Source: Pelomyxa schiedti
Lineage: Eukaryota; Protista; Evosea
Length of the DNA stretch: 64,000 nt
Direction: 5' to 3'
Assembly (NCBI GenBank): GCA_020536535.1
Contig: JAHLWZ010000808.1
Span: forward strand, 62,001 to 126,000
Part shown: piece after piece, positions 54,001 to 62,500 of the stretch
Layout: the number at the start of each line of letters is the position of its first letter
How positions within the stretch are numbered: the first letter of the stretch is position 1
The notes under the pieces: model-generated
The model's input: only the letters and a program-made list of their open reading frames with translations
Told to the model about the DNA's origin: nothing
The model's database searches: none
Position numbers and translations under genes: made by a program

Positions 54001-55732
54001 CCGTGACTTAGCATTCCGCAGTTATTTTTCTCCATGTCTCCCAGAGAATGGCCTTTTACAGTGCCCATAATAAACACTGGGACTCCGGCAAGAGAGCCAA
54101 CACCTCCTCTCATACAAACATTGATGCTATCTTTGGAATCACCATGCATCTCATTGAAGTTATCGAGAATTGCGTTAAGGCAGTCCTGTGCTTGCAAACG
54201 GCTACTATCTCGTAGCTTTGAAATGTCGAACTCAAATTGGGGTGTTTTCTGTGCGCTGGCCTCAAAAAGCTTTGGTGTGTTATCCAAGGCGTTGGTGAGA
54301 GTTGATTTAATGACAGCACGGGACGGGTTTCTCCACAATCTCCAGCCAACGGAAATTACATGCAGTAAGTTTAATAGGTAGTCACTGATCTCTTTATCAA
54401 CAATTACATCAGCACGCCCATGATTGTACACAAACTGCGAGGTCTGGAATCCTTGAGGGCAATTTGCATCATACTCAACCACGTCTCCTTTGAAGATGGT
54501 GTTCAGGATAACTCTCACACCAGAAAATCCAACCCTTGCAGACTCTAGGGCAATGATAACATCGCAAGAACTTCCATAAGCGGCAGTAATGGCCCCAAAT
54601 GAGGGGTCTTTTAAAACGGCAATCACGGGTAAACCTAATGAATGAGTGATTACGTCGTATGGAAAAAAAAACCCTTTACCTTGAAGGTTGAGCTTGTAAA
54701 GTACAACAAAGTACTTGCAAATTTCTCTGAGAGAGTATGCACCCTCTACATGTTGAGTTAGAGGAGGTGAAAAGAAGTGGTTACTCAGACCTTGTATTCG
54801 CAGCCCACCTCCAGCACATGACAAAACAACAGGAATTTGCTCACGAATTGCTTCCTCTAATCCTCGAGTCATAGTTTCACCTTCTACAGCCCCGATAGAA
54901 CCACCCATGAAACCAAAGTCATGTCCAATCCACATCACACGACACCCAGATACTTCCCGTACATCCGCGGTTACAGCCGAGAAGGATGCATGATTCATGT
55001 CTCTGGCTGGGTTTGCGATCCACCTTAAAATGGCGGCCTTCTTGATTTTTTCCTTGTAGGTGTCACCCCCAAAGCAAAATCCAAGAGGATCTTGTGGCAC
55101 TAGCATAGTCTTCCGGGGGGATCGGGATCGAGGTTCCTCAGTCATAACAGGAGGAGTTCCTCGTGGAATAGAAATTGTAGCTGAAGATTCAGCTGCAATT
55201 GAAGTGGAATTGAACATACGAGCCAGATGTGCTGTGTCCGCTGGAGATTGGGAGACGGCATCCAAAAAGTGGTTGTAGGACTCGGAGAAAACGGGAGGAG
55301 TAGCACTTTTCAATGCTGATACAACTTGGCCTTGATCAACCCCTGCAGAAGGAAGATATATAGCCAATAGAGAGTAGTCATCCTTCAATTGGAATTTCCA
55401 GAGACGAGGTCCCAGAGTTCTATTTGTATGTGTGGTTACCTTTTTTTTTGCTACGAATTTCCTTTAATTAAGAAATTGCAAAAGTATGGAGTGTGTGTAG
55501 GCACCCCCAAATTTCCCTCACATGTTACAAATTCTTAATAAATATTCAAGGAAAACAGAGGGACACACTTTGTAGAGGCACATATTGATTTAAGAACCGT
55601 TTCACGAGCATCCCACCAAGCGTCATGCCCTCGCTCTTTTGCGATCGTGTGATCAAAAAACTCGAGCGATTCCACGGCATTGCCGAAATACTCACGGGCG
55701 TCGAACTTCGATGGAACATAGATCCAAAACAT
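51087..55732 (-). CDS. Fused biotin-dependent transcarboxylase (AccD-like CT beta + AccA-like CT alpha + pyruvate carboxyltransferase/OadA + biotinyl carrier)
   Basis: GGSIGAVEGE and spliced LRIQEG (CT beta). VDSPGA and SEASSGGA (CT alpha). DTAMRDGQQS, IKDMAG and HFHTHD (pyruvate CT TIM barrel). AAMKM biotinylation motif at 51219-51230. Upstream exon 55732 plus a 22-nt micro-exon restore the N-terminus. No ATP-grasp domain seen. Confidence 0.9.
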
Positions 55733-55980
55733 GGTTGTGTGGTTTTTTTGTGTTTGTGTGAACTACGACGATGGCTTCGACGCTCCTTTCGTCAGGGCAA
55801 TGTGGTTTTGGGAAAAGAAAAAAAATCCAAAATGAGGGAACAAAGGTTGAATTGTGTTAGCGTCCGAATGGGAAAAACCCGAACGGTGTCTTTCCGAGAA
55901 GTGTTTTTGAGAATCCGATGTTATTCTCAACATTTACAATCAAACACACAACCAAGCAAACGAAGAAGGCCGGCCTCGTC

Positions 55981-58297
55981 ATGGGACAAGTAGTAACTGC
56001 GTTCACGAGCACCGCCATCAATGCAACGTGCTCCCATCATTTCTCTGCAACTTCCACAGATGACCCAGCCGAGCCAACGCCTCCCGCCGTCGTCGCGGAT
56101 ATTCCTTGGCCCACAATGCACTTTGACCCCCGCTCCCCCCTTCCACCTACGCCAGAGGAGCGGTCCACGGCCAAGAGGGCACGTGGTCGCAGCCCGGGGC
56201 TGTCGTGGAAGCGACGTCGGGATCTCTCGGCGTCGCGGGATGCCGCCATCAAGTACATCATCGAGGGGAGTAGCGAGGCGGCCTGGGCGGCCCCGAACCC
56301 CAACAGCATGGCGTCGTATCTGGAGCCGAAGCTCGTCCCCTCCGGGGGGTGGGGCCCCGCAGCCCGCCTACTTATGGGACAGTACCAGGACTCGTGGTGC
56401 GCCCCGTCCAGGGGAGTCGACACTTACGGCGAGGTGGATATGTCTGAAATTAATCTGCCGGAGGAGGAGTTGCCGGCTGTGATGCCTGGGGACGTGGATT
56501 TGGTGAAAGCAACTGTTTTGGAAGAAGTGATGCGGGGCTTTTGTATGCAGAGGCCGGCGGTCAATCAGGACTATGGGGGCTGGTACAGCTTTTTTGGGGA
56601 ACCAGAGTGCAAGAGGCCAAAAACTGATGGACTTCCTCCTTATAACGTTACCCACTTTAGTTATTCACTGAAGAATTCCAGAACACGCGCTCTTTTTCCC
56701 CATTACCTTCTCATTGTACCTAATGGCTCAAACTGCGAATAGGAAACCCAAATACAGTTTGTGGAAAATAGAATCAAGTGGTACCGACAGAGAAAGTGCG
56801 CTTTGTGGGCAAAGAATTTGATGGCAACGGGGTGTGAAGCTATGTTGCTTACTACTGCCTGCAAGCGGGCTTGGGCTGACTGGTATCCAAAAGAGGCCTG
56901 TGACGCTCTGTACGAAACTGTAGCTTGGAAGTTGATATCGAGTATGATGATTATTATTTCGTTGGTGATACATATTGGAAAACCAAGGGTCATGCCAAGT
57001 TTCCGGCCAGCGCTTATTATCATTTATTTGCGGGGCCCATCCTCGTGCTGGGAACAAAAGTCCTATATCGCTTCTTAGTTCCCACTTGCTAAGCCACATC
57101 CTGCATATCATGCTACATTTTAACTGGCGAGATGAATGTGATGACTTGGAAAGAGAACCAGCACAAACAGATTTTGAGAAACAACTTCAATCACGTCTTC
57201 AACTATGGGTGGACTCCCCCGACACTGTGTACATGGGGGCGTTTGGAAATTTTAATCCCCATGATCGCCAAGCTGATATGAGATTTTACGCTCGTAAGTT
57301 AATAAGGAAAAATCAATGTAGTAACGAAAACCCAGTTATTGCGGCGTACTCTCTTGTTTGGTACAGTGGACCATGGATTTCTACTGCACAATTTATAGCA
57401 GCTGTAGGTTCGCTTTTCTTTTGAGTTACTGATGACCTAATACTCCTTGAGAGGATGGAAATGAGGCCAACCTGCAGTGTTATGCATTTTTTCGGTGTGG
57501 GGCCTATGCCCATACGCCACAAGAGCGATTTATGGCTATAAGACTTCACAGCACCCTATTTGGTGAAATATCTGAATCAGAAGAGCAATCCGTTATTACT
57601 TGAAATATTGAATGCGGGCCTCCTAACATCACAATTACAGTTCCGGAAATGCTTTACTGGTGAGGGAACAGTTTCAATGGCAGATGGTTCTAATAAGTAC
57701 AAAGATCTTAACTCTCTACGTTAATTTTTCTCATGGAAATCAGGCTAGTTGCTAATGTCCGTGTTGGGGATTACGTGAAAACTGAATCAGGAACCAGGAA
57801 GGTTTATTATGTGGAGAAGAAGTCTGTAAATGATACCATTCCAATGTGTGAAGTCTCTGGAGTTTGGTTGACGCCTGGGCACCCGGTTTTCGTTGTATGA
57901 TATTTGTCCTACCTCGACGTAAAATACACACAACATTTACCACACACAGGGAGGGATATGGACCCATCCCTTTGAGGTATCGCCAGTTGTAGAGAGGTTT
58001 GTTACCGACTTATTCAACTTTGAACTGGCTGGGGGTCCACTAGCATCCGACCACTCTCTCTGGATAAACAATCTTCTGGTAAGAGGATGACAAAAAAAAA
58101 AAAAAAAAAAAAAGCAATACCTCACAAAGAACCAGGTATGCACATTGGGTAAAGATTGTGGGGAAAGGATAGTTAAAGGGTGGCCCAAAGCAGACAATTT
58201 GGCCGGTACTGGCTATTGGCGTTATGGGAACTCCAAATGGGTTCAGCACCAAGTCAGACGAATGGCAGACAACAGGCACTGTCCTGGATCTGGATGA
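55981..58297 (+). CDS. Uncharacterised protein with C-terminal Vint-type Hint (intein/hedgehog-like) domain
   Basis: Spliced C-terminus FRK-CFTGEGTVSMADGSNKLVANVRVGDYVKTESGTRKV..WLTPGHPVFVGGIWTHP..LFNFELAGG..HSLWINNLLVCTLGKDCG. All joins use in-phase GT-AG introns. Confidence 0.8.
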
Positions 58298-58576
58298 CGT
58301 TTTGTTAATGTAATAAACACAAAAACTGTGAAGCAAACAAAGGCTCTTGCGTTTGGTGTGTGGAACTCGCAGATCAATCTGGCCAGTCAACACAGAGGAA
58401 AAGAACAATCAAATCACCGGTATTCGTTCCCTGTTTTGTGAAGACAGCTCTCTTTGGGGTAGAAAAACTCTCATTCGGTTACCTGAAGGCCAATGAAAAA
58501 GGCTCGTTTTTAACGCTTAGAAGGTACAGTACAAACGCAAACAAAACAAAACAGATAACCGTTGAAGGCACAAGGC

Positions 58577-59423
58577 ATGGGAAAGGACGAAAAGAAAGGA
58601 AATAAGTGCTGCATGGCAGTCTGTTGTTCTATAACAACAACGATAATAGCCGCAGTTGTGGCTATAGGCACGCAAAAGAAACAACGAGTGACGCTGGATC
58701 TCACGTTTCTTATGTGTTTCCTGCTCTTTTTTTATAGTGATATACGTTGGATTGGCGTACCAGACTCTGAAGAATGCACAGTGGCAAGTCACATCATCGT
58801 CGGTTGATTCCTCTTTTCTTTCATTCCGTATACACGGTCTGACTAAACTGTGCCTTTCCTTTTGTGTTATTTTTAGGCCACAGTGGAGCCTGGAACGAGC
58901 ACATTCACCTCGAATATTACTATGGATATGGGTGAATTATTGTTAGTACCTTTCCTTCCATGTTTCTTACATTTCCTCAAAGATGTCTGGGCAACAAAGG
59001 GAATCACCGTATCTGCTGATGGGGTGAAGTTCGATCTCACAATGCTGGACAACTCAGGGGCTGATTCCTCTATTAGTGAGTTGCTCTTTGTTACCTACAA
59101 AAATATTAACCACCTACAGCTGGACCTGCTGATTGTGGTGGTGTATCTGTTGGGAAAACTGCGAGCAGTGTAACGATTGACTCCACATTAACTGGAGACA
59201 ATTCCGATTCGGATTTGATGCTGGCATTCCTGGCCGGAACACCTGAGGACTTCTCAATCACCGTGAAAAAAATTAAGGTTGCCTCCCTTCTTTCTGGTAG
59301 TTCCCTGACACATAAAAGTTTTGGGGAAGATGGGTTCCTATAAAGTTCACGTGTAAGTATTTCCCTAATAAGACTTCCTGTTCTTATCTTCAAACAGTTG
59401 TGCAGGAGCTCTCCATGTCCTAA
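58577..59423 (+). CDS. Type II membrane protein with LEA_2/WHy-like beta-rich domain
   Basis: Basic/Cys N-terminus, TM CCSITTTIIAAVVAIVIYVGLAY, then beta-rich exons ending VKKIKFWGRWVPIKFTFVQELSMS*. The model needs one GC-AG intron. Family call is tentative. Confidence 0.55.
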
Positions 59424-59590
59424 CATCTGATGTCATCTGCCTTTAAACGAGTATTCGTGTACATAGGAGCGAAGACAACCCGGAGCAAACGCCGTTTCGA
59501 TTTTCAGAACAACCAAGCAAGAAATAATCAAAAAAATGATTTGAAGTTGATTTATTTTGCATGGTTATCTGTTTGTAGTTTACAAGGGTT

Positions 59591-62500
59591 TTATGAGAGG
59601 AATACAGGCGCGCTTATACTAGAGGCTATGTACTCAAATTCAGACTTTAGAGCAACACCATCAGCCCCACAGCAGAAAGTCCCCTCAGCACATTCCGCGA
59701 GCCGGTTCAACCGGGCGGAATCCTTCGGAGTTGTGCCAAAGCCCAGTACATAAACCGGTACTCCTGGGAATTCTCTGTGGAGTTCTGTCATCTCGTGGTC
59801 ACCGTTCTCGCACTCCCCATCAGACATGAACAGCAAGACAGGCTCGTGGGTTCCAAATCCACCGGCTTTGAGAATTTCGTGGCATTGCACAATGCCTGCA
59901 GCGAAGTTGGTGCCACCACGTGGGTTCGCATTCCTTGGTAGGGAAGAGGTCAAATCGGGAGTGAGTTGGACCTGCCCCAGCCTAACACTTGCGCTGTTGG
60001 AGTATCCAACAACTGATATTATGTCAGAACAAGGAGTACGCAGCTGTGAACACTGGTTGATCCTATCTTTAGCAAATGCAGCTACTGCTTCGAGTAGCTG
60101 AAGCCATCGCTTGCCACACATTGAACCAGATTCATCCAAGCACATGACGACGAAGCGCGGTGGTGGGTTGGCAATGTTTGATCCAAGTCTTGCAAGCTGC
60201 ATTATCCTGTTTTGAAGGTCTCGTTTTGGAGCTTCACCACCGTCAAACGAGAATAGTGCTTTGACAAATTCGTCAGTATTGCTATGCAGTATTTCAGCTT
60301 CTTCGACTTCTTGCATAAGGACTGCAAGAGACTTGTTGTATTCTGACTGTTGCCTTGATCTAAGACTGGCATAATCTCCCCCATTTATCATTGCGGATAT
60401 TTCAGTATCAGTGAAGCTCCAGTCTTCCCTAAGACTTTCCGAACATAAAAAGAGTTTGTAGTTCCCTTGGTGACCTTGCCGCGCTGTCCTTCCACGTATT
60501 TGAATCTCCTCTGAGATAGACGCGGAGAGAAAAGTTTGTATGACCAATACACCCCCTTTAGTATCCACTTCTTTGTAAGATTTGAAATCGATCCCGCGGC
60601 CAAAACTTCTAGGTAGTAATGTAACAGCCCCAGGTTTTGATGCTTGAGAAATCAAATTGTCTTTGTACTCTGACTCCTCCACAAGAACATTATACCCAAG
60701 TGTTATGTTCTGTGCATTCGAGGATAAAAAGGTTCTGTAGGACTCTAATGCAACAACATTTTCAAAAAAAATTAGAACGGCACGGCCTTTTGTTTGCGCA
60801 TCAGCAGCAAGGCAAGATATTTCATAAAAGTGATTGTGCCTGTCGGGTAAGATTTTTATGTCATTGATGGGCCTGAAGTCAAGCCTGGAAGGGCCGTAAA
60901 TGGATGGCGCATAGGAAAGAGTATTCACTTTATATTTCTTTAGAAGCTCAAGTTCTTTATCGCACAGAGTATCTAGGGTGCCTGTAACACCAGAAATAAT
61001 AGCATACCGCGAAGGCAGCTTTGCATAAGAAAAGGAACCACAAATAATTGAAAAGCCCACTGCAGCCTTTACAGCCTCTTCAGGCAAGGTTTGATTTGAA
61101 AGCTCGCTCATGTATGCGAAAGTAGTTTTATGAGCAAAATAGGTAGAGTAATCATAGGCCATAGAAATTTTCTGTGTTTTGTATCCAATTTTTCCCTTTA
61201 TACGATCAACATGGTATGGGGGACCTGAGCGAAAGTTCTGTGCATCAGCAACCATTTGGCAAATTTGGCAATCAAAGAGAGGCTTAAAATCGGGCATTTT
61301 GGTAACCAGGGTTCGATAACACGTTTGTTGTTGTACTTTGCGTGCACTAAAATGTGGATCAGAATAATGATCCCACACAAACTTAATTAGTTCATAGCAT
61401 TCAGGTTGTGTCAGTAAGGCAGCTGGCATATAGGTGCCCCCTAAGAAATTGTCACTGAAGAACACATCAACTTCGTCAATCAATAGTACTCGCTTCCGCG
61501 TCGGTGTGGCAATTGGTCTACAAGCAGTAGAATTGTTCAAGAAACTTGTCACTCGATCCCTTACATTTCCTTGTGCATTGATGATTTTTTCACAAAGTGC
61601 ATTGACTGTAGAATATGAAATTCTTTCTCGTGTGCGAAAAATTTCAAACAGGAAATTGAAGGCTTGGCTGTCACGAGAACTTAAATACTCAGAATATGAA
61701 ACCACATCCACATCATAGCCAAGAATGGCAAAGAGAGTAGCGGTAACTCCCAACACGACTGATTTGCCTTCTCCTGTACCAATTTGAATGAAGTGACTTC
61801 TAGGAGTACACAATGACTTGTCATGGCTAAGAAGTTGGAGAATTGCCACTATCTGAACACTGTGGGGTTTTCTAAGAAACTCGATTTGTGTGAAAGTTTG
61901 ACTTCTATTGTTGAGAGTCCAAAGAGAAAATATGTATGCCATAACAATAGGCAAACGAGATGGATCTCTTGGAAGTGTTGTAGAAATTGCTAAAGCTTCT
62001 GATTTCAGATGTGTAAGATCCATGAATAAATTCTGCTTAACAAGGGAGTTGTATTTGGACTCAAACTTCTCGAAGACAGATTTTAGCTCAGGCCATTTAA
62101 TTCCCGTTTTCGCTGACCAACTCTCCGAGCCAAGTAAGCCGAGAAGAGGACCTTTCATTTGTTGTGTCTTAAACTGTGAAATTGTATGATCGATTCCTTG
62201 GTGTGCTATTTGCGCTGACATTATCTTGTTTCGAAGCCATTCAAACTCGGCATTTTCTGAAAGAATCTGCGTTCCAGTAATTCCAGAGGTCTCCAGTTCT
62301 CCAGCCAGTCTCGTTTCTACTTCTTGGTCGTTATTATTTTTCCTTATGAACTCACTAATTGTGACTTCAATTTGCGCTTTTAGTTCCTTTTCAATGGAGG
62401 GGATTTTTTCTGCAACGCCACGAATATTACACAGAAGCTGTGCCATACTTATTGGATCATTTTCTTGTTTCGTGAGTGCAATCTTAGATTGAATACTTGA

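Noticed and set aside
56935-57075. Alternative frame DIEYDDYYFVGDTYWKTKGHAKFPASAYYHLFAGP in the Hint gene
   Set aside because: It is bounded by stops, and I found no convincing in-phase splice into the downstream exon. The gtatga...accaag intron model gives a continuous frame.
58092-58113. Poly-A run as a possible retroposon tail
   Set aside because: It lies inside a short GT-AG intron of the Hint gene, with no target-site duplication or element body seen.
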